A stretch of 64,000 nucleotides of DNA from assembly GCA_963665125.2 (NCBI GenBank), contig CAXXUK010000002.1, positions 1,120,001 to 1,184,000 of the forward strand, in the 5' to 3' direction. A program made the position numbers and the translations under genes. Shown here piece after piece: positions 10,269-18,755 of the stretch. The notes below the pieces were generated by a model. It was not told where the DNA came from, did not search any database, and saw only the letters and a list, made by a program, of their open reading frames with translations. Source of the stretch: an uncultured Desulfarculus sp. GTDB lineage: Bacteria; Desulfobacterota; Desulfarculia; Desulfarculales; Desulfarculaceae. Each line of letters begins with the position of its first letter. The stretch's first letter is position 1.

Positions 10269-10948
10269 GTGTATCCAAATCGGGTCCCATTCTGGTCGTG
10301 GCAACCCACCCGGATGATGAGACACTTGGCTGCGGGGGAACCGTATTAAAACATAAACAGGCCGGTAAAGAGGTGTTCTGGCTCGTTGTTACCACAATTC
10401 CAGAATCCAATACCGTGTTGGCCCCGCAAAGAGAAGCCCGCAAAAGGGAGATTGAAGCAGTGGCCGCTGCTTACGGTTTTGACGGGGTTGAGCAACTCGG
10501 GCTACCCACAACCGAATTGGACCGCATCCCCTTGGGTGAGATGATGGGAATCTTTTCGAACGTTTTGTCTCGTATCAACCCGCACACGGTGTATCTGCCA
10601 TTTTCTGGAGACATTCACAGCGACCACCGGCTTACCTTCGAAACTGCATACGGGGCCCTGAAAACCTTCCGCCTGCCCTCTGTAAGGCGGGTTCTGATGA
10701 TGGAGACCATCAGCGAAACCGAGTTCGCTCCACCCTCCCCTATGAATGCCTTCGTGCCTAACGTGTTCGTTAACATTGACGAGTTTCTGGAAGAAAAAAT
10801 CAGGATCATGGGGGTGTATGCGGGTGAGATGGGTAAACGACCGTTTCCCCGTTGCCCTGAGAATATCCGAGCCCAGGCCACGTTTAGAGGCTGCACCGCT
10901 GGCTGCCGGTACGCCGAAGCTTTCATGCTGTTGAAGGAAATACAATGA
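10265..10948 (+). CDS. PIG-L/LmbE family N-deacetylase
   Basis: VVATHPDDETLGCGG, DIHSDH and AEAF; ATGA overlap with the formyltransferase. Confidence 0.88.
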   Translation: MSVSKSGPILVVATHPDDETLGCGGTVLKHKQAGKEVFWLVVTTIPESNTVLAPQREARKREIEAVAAAYGFDGVEQLGLPTTELDRIPLGEMMGIFSNVLSRINPHTVYLPFSGDIHSDHRLTFETAYGALKTFRLPSVRRVLMMETISETEFAPPSPMNAFVPNVFVNIDEFLEEKIRIMGVYAGEMGKRPFPRCPENIRAQATFRGCTAGCRYAEAFMLLKEIQ

Positions 10949-10998
10949 CCCGCGCAGGTAACATTGCACCCGGCGCTTTTGCTCAGTACGGTCCTCTC

Positions 10999-11037
10999 GA
11001 GCCCTTGATTTATATTGTGACAATATATCAAGGGCTC
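10999..11037. repeat. Near-perfect 39-bp palindrome upstream of neuC
   Basis: GAGCCCTTGA-TT-TATATTGT-G-ACAATATA-TCAAGGGCTC. Confidence 0.8.
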
Positions 11038-11054
11038 ATATAAGGATTAAGCTG

Positions 11055-12245
11055 ATGCGCACCATATGCATATTCACCGGGACTCGGGCCGAGTACGGGC
11101 TTTTAAAACCAGTGATGAAAGAAGTATCGGCTCGAACGGATTTGCATCTTCAAATCATGGCCAGCGGGACGCACCTTTCGCCAGAATTCGGCATGACAAT
11201 TCGGGAAATAGAAAACGACGGCCTAAAAGTAGACGAAAAGGTTGAAGTCCTATTGAGTTCCGACACTCCCATAGGTATCTGCAAATCCATGGGTCTGGGG
11301 CTCATCGGTTATTCCGAAGCCCTCGCCCGTCTGGCCCCCGACATTCTCCTAATCCTCGGCGACCGCTTCGAGGCATTCACCGTGGCCGGGGCGGCCATGG
11401 TCTCTCGCATCCCGGTGGCTCACCTGCATGGCGGCGAGGCCACTCAAGGGCTTATCGATGAACCCATGCGACATTCCATCACCAAGATGAGTCACCTGCA
11501 TTTCACCAGTTGCGAGGAGTATCGTCAGAGGGTGATTCAACTTGGTGAGCATCCTGACAGGGTCTTTAATGTGGGCGCGCTTGGGGTTGAGAATTTTCGC
11601 CAGACACCTTTGATGAGCCGGGATGAATTGGCCGAGTTCCTAGGCCGGGATGTTCCCCAGAGGCTGTTTATGGTTACGTTTCACCCGGTTACTCTCGAGG
11701 ACGCCACCGCTGGCCAACAGATGGAGGCCCTATGCCGGGCCCTGGACCATTTTCCAGAGTTCGGCGTTCTGTTTACTTATGCCAACTCGGATACGGACGG
11801 TAGGATCATAAACCGCATCATTGAGGATTACGTCGCTGATAATCCCGAACGGAGCTTTGCCTTCCCGTCCCTCGGGCTAAAGCGGTACGCCTCGTTCATG
11901 AGACTGGCCGAGGCGGTGATTGGCAATAGTTCAAGCGGCCTGATTGAGACCCCGGTCTTCAAGATACCGACTGTAAACATCGGCGATCGGCAGAAAGGCC
12001 GGGTGCGGGCCGCGAGCGTGATCGACTGCGCCGCCGAGGACGAATCCATAATCTCGGCGATTACGCACGCCATCGGCCCTGATTTCAAGGCTTCGATGGA
12101 GGGAATGGTTCACCCCCTGGCCCAGGATGACACCTCGACCAGGATCGTGGACATCCTAGCCCAAGCCGACTTGCTCGATATCCTAAAGAAAACCTTTTAC
12201 GATTGTTCCATTGACCGGAAGGAGCTTCACAATGACGGGGTATAA
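11055..12245 (+). CDS. neuC: Hydrolysing NDP-sugar 2-epimerase (NeuC/LegG)
   Basis: FTGTRAEYGLL, LGDRFE, HLHGGE, GNSSSG and NIGDRQKGR. Confidence 0.92.
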   Translation: MRTICIFTGTRAEYGLLKPVMKEVSARTDLHLQIMASGTHLSPEFGMTIREIENDGLKVDEKVEVLLSSDTPIGICKSMGLGLIGYSEALARLAPDILLILGDRFEAFTVAGAAMVSRIPVAHLHGGEATQGLIDEPMRHSITKMSHLHFTSCEEYRQRVIQLGEHPDRVFNVGALGVENFRQTPLMSRDELAEFLGRDVPQRLFMVTFHPVTLEDATAGQQMEALCRALDHFPEFGVLFTYANSDTDGRIINRIIEDYVADNPERSFAFPSLGLKRYASFMRLAEAVIGNSSSGLIETPVFKIPTVNIGDRQKGRVRAASVIDCAAEDESIISAITHAIGPDFKASMEGMVHPLAQDDTSTRIVDILAQADLLDILKKTFYDCSIDRKELHNDGV

Positions 12246-12975
12246 GCCCGTACTGGCGATCATCCCAGCCAGGGGGGGCAGCAAGGGCGTCCCTCGAAAG
12301 AACCTGTATCCTCTTCAGGGCAGGCCATTGATCGCCTGGACCATCGAAGCCGCCAGGGCCGCCAAGACAATCGGCGCGGTGGTGGTTTCGACCGATGATG
12401 ATGAAATCGCTGCGGTGGCCCAACAAAATGGGGCCGAAGTGATCCGGAGGCCGCCGGAGTTGGCAACCGATGAGGCCATGGTCATCGACGCTGTCTTCCA
12501 TGTACTGGATACGCTTGATGAACAAGGGCGCGCCTTTGATTACTATGTCCACTTGGAACCCACCGCGCCCGAGCGAACGCCTGAGTTGATCGACCAATGC
12601 GTCACCGCCATGATCGACGGCAACTTCGACTCCGTGGCCACTTTTTCCATTCTTGATCCGCCACCAGGACGCATATGGCGGATCGAAGACCGCCGCCCCT
12701 CGGTTTTTATTCCCGACAGCAATCCGTGGCGTCGCCGCCAGGATCAAGAACCGGGGTACTATCTTAACGGAGCGGTCTACGGCGTCCGCGTTGATGCTTT
12801 GCGAGAAGATGGCGGCCCGTCCCTGATGGTCGGTGATGCCATGGCCGTGATCACGCCGGAAATTGGCGGTGATATTGATGTTCTTGACGATTTCCATCGC
12901 CTTGAATATATTCTTGAAAGAAGGAAAAATACCTCGCTTGATGATTGTCGGTGGAAGACACATGAAAAAGCTTAG
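12232..12975 (+). CDS. neuA: CMP-nonulosonic acid synthetase (NeuA/LegF)
   Basis: IIPARGGSKGVPRKN, VSTDD, RRQD, NGAVY and DID. Confidence 0.9.
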   Translation: MTGYKPVLAIIPARGGSKGVPRKNLYPLQGRPLIAWTIEAARAAKTIGAVVVSTDDDEIAAVAQQNGAEVIRRPPELATDEAMVIDAVFHVLDTLDEQGRAFDYYVHLEPTAPERTPELIDQCVTAMIDGNFDSVATFSILDPPPGRIWRIEDRRPSVFIPDSNPWRRRQDQEPGYYLNGAVYGVRVDALREDGGPSLMVGDAMAVITPEIGGDIDVLDDFHRLEYILERRKNTSLDDCRWKTHEKA

Positions 12976-13759
12976 TACATTGCAAAACCTGGAAGGTCGC
13001 GTCGCGCTGGTGGCTGGCGGGGCCGGATATCTGGGACGCCAGATATCCGAAACGCTTGCCGAACTCGGGGCTGACGTTGTGATCGCTTCCCGGGACCCAG
13101 AGAAATGTCAGGTTTGCGGGCGTGAAATCGAAGCGGCTTTCCCCGGAACGGAAAGCATGGGAACTTGTTTGGACTTGACAGACCGGGCTTCGATTGCGGA
13201 CTGTGTCCGGACGACAGAGGCCTGGAAGGGCCGAATCGACATCCTGGTGATCTGCGCATGGTCGGGAAAAAAGAACTCTTTGGAATCGATCACGGATGAC
13301 GATTGGGATTACGATATCGAAGTATGCCTTAACGGTGTCTTTCGGCTCGTCAAGGCCGGCCTGGAACCATTGAAACGTACAAAAGGCGTGGTGCTGACCA
13401 TCGGGTCCATGTATGGACATGTGGCCCCTGATTTCAAGCTCTATGAAGGGGTGCCGCAGGTGAACCCCCCCAGTTACGGAGCGGCCAAGGCCGGCGTCAT
13501 CCAGTTGACTCGCTATCTCGCCAGCTTCCTGGCCCCTCATGGGATCCGCGCCAATTGCCTCAGTCCCGGCCCCTTTCCATTTCCCGAGGTCCTCGACGAA
13601 TTTCCGGTCTTCAGGGATCGTCTGAACCAGAAGAACCCCATGGGCCGAGTGGGCCTGCCCCATGAAATAAAAGGGGCCGCAGCCCTGCTCTGCACGGATG
13701 CGTCGAGTTACATGACCGGCCAAAACATCTGTGTTGATGGCGGGTGGACAGCATGGTAG
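12962..13759 (+). CDS. Short-chain dehydrogenase/reductase (PtmA/ElaC-like)
   Basis: GGAGYLG, SMYG, YGAAK and VDGGWTAW. Confidence 0.85.
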   Translation: MKKLSTLQNLEGRVALVAGGAGYLGRQISETLAELGADVVIASRDPEKCQVCGREIEAAFPGTESMGTCLDLTDRASIADCVRTTEAWKGRIDILVICAWSGKKNSLESITDDDWDYDIEVCLNGVFRLVKAGLEPLKRTKGVVLTIGSMYGHVAPDFKLYEGVPQVNPPSYGAAKAGVIQLTRYLASFLAPHGIRANCLSPGPFPFPEVLDEFPVFRDRLNQKNPMGRVGLPHEIKGAAALLCTDASSYMTGQNICVDGGWTAW

Positions 13760-14703
13760 CCCTTCGGCTTGGCATGATCGGCTTCAGCTCCGAGAACGGG
13801 CATCCCTTCTCATTCTCGGCCATTATCAATGGATATGATAGTGATGCATTTCCCCGCGAGGAGTGGGGTGTTATACTCGACTATCTTGAACGGCAGCCCC
13901 GGGAACGAATCGGCCTGGATCGTGCTCAAGTGACGCATGCCTGGTCCCAGGATCCAGAAGGGACCCGTCGCCTGGCTGCGGCCTGTCGGATTCCGAACGT
14001 TCTGGATAACGTTGCCGATATGATCGGCCAAGTCGATGGCGTGGTGATCGCCCGAGACGACGTGGATTCCCACCTGGAACTGGCGCAACCGTTTCTTGAA
14101 GCCGGGCTGACGGTCTTCGTGGACAAACCATTGACCATTAATCCGGCGGAACTGGCCTACTTTGTTCCATATCTTCGTTCCGGCCGCTTGATGAGCACAT
14201 CCGGCTTTCGTTTCGCCCGTGAACTGGATGATGTCAAGGCCAGAATCGAGCAATGGGATGAGACACGGTTGGTGCGAGCGATGGTGCTCAACGGTTGGGA
14301 AAAGTACGGCATCCATATGTTGGACGCCATGCTCTCTCTAAACGTTGGACGGCCGTTGGACGTTTCCTTTCGCCGTTTCGACCAGTATGAGAGCTATACG
14401 GTCCGTCTGGATTCAGGCGCCGTGTTCGAGTGCGACTGCCTGGGCGCGGTGGGAAAAACATTCGTTCTGCATGCTTTGGGCAGGCAGGGTCACATCGCGG
14501 TCGATCTGCACGACAATTTCAGCGCGTTCCGGCGAACAATGGCGGCCTTTATTGAGCAAGCGGTGACCGGAATCCCAGCCGTTGAGCCATCCTCGACGCT
14601 AGATTCGCTCGGAACGATAATGGCTGGAATCGAGGCTCGTTCGAGTGGTAAAAGGATAAAAATCATCGATATGCTATCGTTACCCGAGAGGCAGCCTTCA
14701 TGA
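13753..14703 (+). CDS. Gfo/Idh/MocA-like oxidoreductase
   Basis: NGHPFSFS, VFVDKPL and YGIHMLD. Confidence 0.75.
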   Translation: MVALRLGMIGFSSENGHPFSFSAIINGYDSDAFPREEWGVILDYLERQPRERIGLDRAQVTHAWSQDPEGTRRLAAACRIPNVLDNVADMIGQVDGVVIARDDVDSHLELAQPFLEAGLTVFVDKPLTINPAELAYFVPYLRSGRLMSTSGFRFARELDDVKARIEQWDETRLVRAMVLNGWEKYGIHMLDAMLSLNVGRPLDVSFRRFDQYESYTVRLDSGAVFECDCLGAVGKTFVLHALGRQGHIAVDLHDNFSAFRRTMAAFIEQAVTGIPAVEPSSTLDSLGTIMAGIEARSSGKRIKIIDMLSLPERQPS

Positions 14704-15497
14704 TTTATGATTCTCTGCGGCTCGACGGTCGGGTGAGCGTGATCACCGGAGGGACCGGTCACCTGGGTCTGGCCATGGCCGACGCATTGGCCGAGGTCGG
14801 ATCGGACATTGTCCTGGTCGATATTGACGGGGACCGGACCGAGTCCCTGGCGCAGGAACTGGCCGGCCACCGTAAGGTGCGTTGTCTGGGAATCGGGTGC
14901 GACCTTGCCGACGACACCGCTACCAGAGACATTCCCCGGAAAGTGGAAGAACATTTCGGCCGCCTTGATATCCTGATCAACAACGCCGCCTTTGTCGGAA
15001 CAAGCGGACTTGATGGTTGGGCCACCTCCTTCGAAAAACAGTCCGCGGAAACATGGCGCATGGCCATGGACGTCAACCTGACTGCGGCCTTTGTACTGAC
15101 CCAGGCCTGCCGCAACCTGCTGATCGCCTCCGGCCGGGCCAGCATTATTAACGTGGCCAGCATTTATGGCGTTTTGGGGCCGGACTGGACGCTATATGAT
15201 GGTACGGAAATGGCCAACCCGGCGGCCTACGCCGCCAGCAAGGGAGGGTTGATTCAGTTCACCCGCTGGTGCGCGACAACGCTGGGGCCGGAAATCCGGG
15301 TTAATAGCATCAGTCCCGGAGGAATCAATCGCGGCCAACCGGACGCCTTTACCAAACGGTATATTTCCAAAACACCGCTCAAGCGTATGGCGGTCGAGGA
15401 TGATTTCAAGGGCGCGATAGTCTTTCTTGCCGGGGACCTATCTGCCTATATCACCGGCCAGGATTTGCTTATTGACGGCGGTTTTTCCGCTTGGTAG
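14700..15497 (+). CDS. Short-chain dehydrogenase/reductase (PtmA-like)
   Basis: TGGTGHLG, NNAA, SIYG, YAASK and IDGGFSAW. Confidence 0.85.
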   Translation: MIYDSLRLDGRVSVITGGTGHLGLAMADALAEVGSDIVLVDIDGDRTESLAQELAGHRKVRCLGIGCDLADDTATRDIPRKVEEHFGRLDILINNAAFVGTSGLDGWATSFEKQSAETWRMAMDVNLTAAFVLTQACRNLLIASGRASIINVASIYGVLGPDWTLYDGTEMANPAAYAASKGGLIQFTRWCATTLGPEIRVNSISPGGINRGQPDAFTKRYISKTPLKRMAVEDDFKGAIVFLAGDLSAYITGQDLLIDGGFSAW

Positions 15498-15530
15498 GTT
15501 TTGGCCTTTCATAAGTTATGGGGGATTAAC

Positions 15531-16574
15531 GTGAACAGTCATATCCCACTTGATGGGATCGTCGTATGCGAAACGAATACCATCGCCGAGGCCTGGCAAG
15601 CCATCGGACGTGGTAAGTTCGGTATCGCCGTGGTCAATGATCAAAACGGTAGAGTCATCGGCGTTATCACTGATGGCGACATTCGGCGGGCTTTGCTTTC
15701 CGGCAAGGGTCTTGAGTCCAAGATCGCGTCCCACTACAGTCAAAAATTTACCTCCGTATCTCCCGAAACGCATCGCGACCAGGCTCTAGACATTATGCAG
15801 GCCAAGTTCATCCGTCAGTTGCCGGTCATCGACAAGGACGGGGTCCTGGTCGGCATACATACGTTACGCGACATATTGGGCGGCACTCCCAAGGACAACT
15901 GGGCCGTGATCATGGCCGGAGGCAAGGGGACGCGCCTGCGCCCCATGACGGAGAACCTTCCCAAGCCGATGATCAACGTCGCCGGCCGGCCGATCTTGGA
16001 GCGTCTGATCTTGCATCTGGTCGGCCAGGGCATAAGGCGAGTATTTATCTCGGTCAAGTATCTGTCCGAAATCATCATGGGCCATTTTTGCGACGGCAAG
16101 GGGTACGGATGCCGCATTGAGTATCTAGTCGAGGATGAACCGCTGGGAACCGGCGGCGCCTTGTCGCTCCTACCGGAAAAACCCACTCAGCCGATTCTGG
16201 TCATGAACGGCGATCTGATCATGCAGGCCAGTATTCATAACATGCTGGAACACCATGTCCAGGAAGAGCATTACGCCACTATGGGGCTGCGCCCCTACTT
16301 TCATCGGGTTCCATTCGGTTGTGTTGAATTGGGTGAGAAGGGACGTATCGTCGAGCTTGAGGAAAAACCGCTCCTCGAGAAAATGGTCAACGCTGGCGTT
16401 TATGTCCTCAGCCCGGACGCCGTGGCTACGATTCCTAAGTCATACTATCCGATCACCGAGGTGTTCACCGAGGGAATTAAACAAAATAAAACCTGCGGAA
16501 CTTATATGATTGAAAGCGACTGGCTCGACGTGGGGCAGCCTCACCAACTCGCCATCGCCCGCGGAGAGTATTAA
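15531..16574 (+). CDS. ptmE: CBS-domain sugar-phosphate nucleotidyltransferase (PtmE-like)
   Basis: ITDGDIRRALL CBS pair; MAGGKGTRLRPMT, PKPM, PLGTGGAL and WLDVG. Confidence 0.85.
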   Translation: MNSHIPLDGIVVCETNTIAEAWQAIGRGKFGIAVVNDQNGRVIGVITDGDIRRALLSGKGLESKIASHYSQKFTSVSPETHRDQALDIMQAKFIRQLPVIDKDGVLVGIHTLRDILGGTPKDNWAVIMAGGKGTRLRPMTENLPKPMINVAGRPILERLILHLVGQGIRRVFISVKYLSEIIMGHFCDGKGYGCRIEYLVEDEPLGTGGALSLLPEKPTQPILVMNGDLIMQASIHNMLEHHVQEEHYATMGLRPYFHRVPFGCVELGEKGRIVELEEKPLLEKMVNAGVYVLSPDAVATIPKSYYPITEVFTEGIKQNKTCGTYMIESDWLDVGQPHQLAIARGEY

Positions 16575-16630
16575 ACGGTGGCCATCGCTTCAATTATCGC
16601 GACATTCTTTTGCTTTGGGAAAAAATATCC

Positions 16631-17611
16631 ATGACCACAGTGACCATATGCATCGTCGGAGCCGGGCAACTGGGAAGCCGTCATCTTCAAGCCTTGGCCC
16701 ATCTTTCGCAGCCTTGCGAGATCATTCTGGTCGACCCATCAGACCAGGCCACCAAAACGGCATTGGAACGTTATGCGCAAGTACAAGGCAAGTATCCGGT
16801 TCGCACGGTACGTTCCCTGGATGCGCTTGACCAGGCCATCGACCTGGCGATTATCGCCACAAGTTCAAAACCGCGCCGCCAGTTGGTAGAGAAGCTTGTC
16901 TCCATGGGCGTCCGCCGGATGGTCCTGGAAAAATTTCTGTTTCCTCGCCTAGAAGACTATGAAACCGTTTCAAGTCTGTTTGCCCGCGAGAAAGTAAAGG
17001 CCTGGACCAACTGTACGCGGCGCTTATGGCCGTTCTACCGCCAATTACGAGATATGATCGATCCTGCGGATGTCTGCGCCTTCCAGGTGGCCGGTACGGC
17101 ATGGAACCTAGGAAGCAATGGTATTCATTTCGTTGATCTGTTTTCCATGTTGACTGGACAGACCGATATTGATTACCGATACCATGGGCCGTCTGCGGAG
17201 ATCGTGAACAGTAAGCGGGAAGGTTATGTGGATATCGTCGGCATGCTTCAGGGCGAGACCCCTCGAGGTGATATGATCCAACTGGTTAACTGGAAAGGCG
17301 CCAAGCCGTTTTATGTAATGAGCCTTACAACACCGCGCCTCTGCTGCCGCATTGATGAGATTCACCTTGGTGGCCCCAAGTTCGAGATCGCGATGGAAAA
17401 AGACGGGTGGGCGCCGACAACTGATACGTTCGACATGCCTTACCAGAGCCAGTTAAGTCATCTGTTCGTGGAGGATATATTAATCAACGGCCAGTGCGAT
17501 CTGACAGGTTTCGAAGAGTCCGCACACCTGCATCTCTCCCTCTTGGATGCATTTCTGGGAACCTACCGGAAGAAATTTGGTGTCGAGGAGACAATTTGCC
17601 CTGTAACCTAG
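16631..17611 (+). CDS. Gfo/Idh/MocA oxidoreductase (PtmF-like)
   Basis: IVGAGQLGSRHLQAL, VLEK, NCTRR and NGIHFVD. Confidence 0.8.
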   Translation: MTTVTICIVGAGQLGSRHLQALAHLSQPCEIILVDPSDQATKTALERYAQVQGKYPVRTVRSLDALDQAIDLAIIATSSKPRRQLVEKLVSMGVRRMVLEKFLFPRLEDYETVSSLFAREKVKAWTNCTRRLWPFYRQLRDMIDPADVCAFQVAGTAWNLGSNGIHFVDLFSMLTGQTDIDYRYHGPSAEIVNSKREGYVDIVGMLQGETPRGDMIQLVNWKGAKPFYVMSLTTPRLCCRIDEIHLGGPKFEIAMEKDGWAPTTDTFDMPYQSQLSHLFVEDILINGQCDLTGFEESAHLHLSLLDAFLGTYRKKFGVEETICPVT

Positions 17612-17643
17612 GGACCGCTTGAGCAAAAGCAGACAAATTAAGG

Positions 17644-18609
17644 ATGTCACACGAAATGAGCCAAGTATTGATTGTGGGTTCCGGAACAATCGGCCTGGAA
17701 TATGCCAAAGTCCTTCAAGCCCTTGGGCGGTCGGTGATGGTCATCGGTAGAGGAAAAAAATCGGCGGAGGCCCTGACCGCCCATACAGGGCTTCCAGTGA
17801 TCACCGGAGGCCTGGAAGCCTGGCTAGATAGTTTGGAAGGACCGCCTCCGGCCGAAGCGATTGTCGCTGTTCCCATTCAGAATCTCAATGAAGCAGCCCG
17901 TCGGCTAATCAGGGCCGGTGTGCGGCGGCTTCTATTGGAAAAGCCGGGCGGGTTGACTTTGGATGAGATGACGGCCCTGGCCGAAGAAGCCAAGGCTGTC
18001 GAGGCCGAGGTATATCTGGCATATAATCGACGCTTCTATGCCGCAACCAGAAAGGCCCTGGACATCATCTCCGAGGACGACGGAGTACGCTCCCTGCTTT
18101 TCGAATTCACCGAATGGTCCCACAAAATCGTAACCCTGAATTATCCGCCGGAAGTGCTGGATGCCTGGTTACTGGCCAACTCCAGTCATGTGATCGATAT
18201 GGCCTTTTTTCTATGCGGATGGCCGGAGACACTCTGTGCCCAGGTCGCCGGAAAACTGGATTGGCATCCATGTGGATCTGCGTTTAGCGGCTCAGGAACA
18301 ACCACATCCGGGGCGGTCTTCTCTTATCATGCCGACTGGGCCGCCCCGGGACGTTGGGGTGTGGAGGTGTTGACGAAAAAACACCGGCTGATTTTTCGTC
18401 CCATGGAGCAGTTGCAGTATCAAAAGATCGGCTCCGTGGCTGTGGAGCCGGTTGAAATAGACTACTCTCTCGATGAAAAATTCAAACCGGGATTCTACTT
18501 GCAAGTAAAGGCCTTTTTAGATGGTCCAAAGACCGATCTGCTGAGGCTGGAAGAACAGTGCCACCATATCGAAGCGTTTTACTCGGTGATTCGAGGCCGC
18601 CCATATTAA
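17644..18609 (+). CDS. Gfo/Idh/MocA oxidoreductase
   Basis: IVGSGTIG, LLEKPGG, AYNRRFY and NSSHVID. Confidence 0.8.
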   Translation: MSHEMSQVLIVGSGTIGLEYAKVLQALGRSVMVIGRGKKSAEALTAHTGLPVITGGLEAWLDSLEGPPPAEAIVAVPIQNLNEAARRLIRAGVRRLLLEKPGGLTLDEMTALAEEAKAVEAEVYLAYNRRFYAATRKALDIISEDDGVRSLLFEFTEWSHKIVTLNYPPEVLDAWLLANSSHVIDMAFFLCGWPETLCAQVAGKLDWHPCGSAFSGSGTTTSGAVFSYHADWAAPGRWGVEVLTKKHRLIFRPMEQLQYQKIGSVAVEPVEIDYSLDEKFKPGFYLQVKAFLDGPKTDLLRLEEQCHHIEAFYSVIRGRPY

Positions 18610-18616
18610 CGGGACC

Positions 18617-18639
18617 GGCGGCCCGCATCAAGGGCCGCC
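18617..18639 (+). terminator. GC-rich hairpin after the Leg operon
   Basis: GGCGGCCC-gcatcaa-GGGCCGCC, 8 nt after the stop; no U-tract. Confidence 0.35.
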
Positions 18640-18755
18640 AGCACCAAGTGTAAACAACTCAGGGCGAAAACCGCCAATAATCACATGATAAAGCCACCAT
18701 TGCTCAACAACCATCCATAACGGTGCATCTGGGCGGGTTGACTCGGAAAAAGGTA

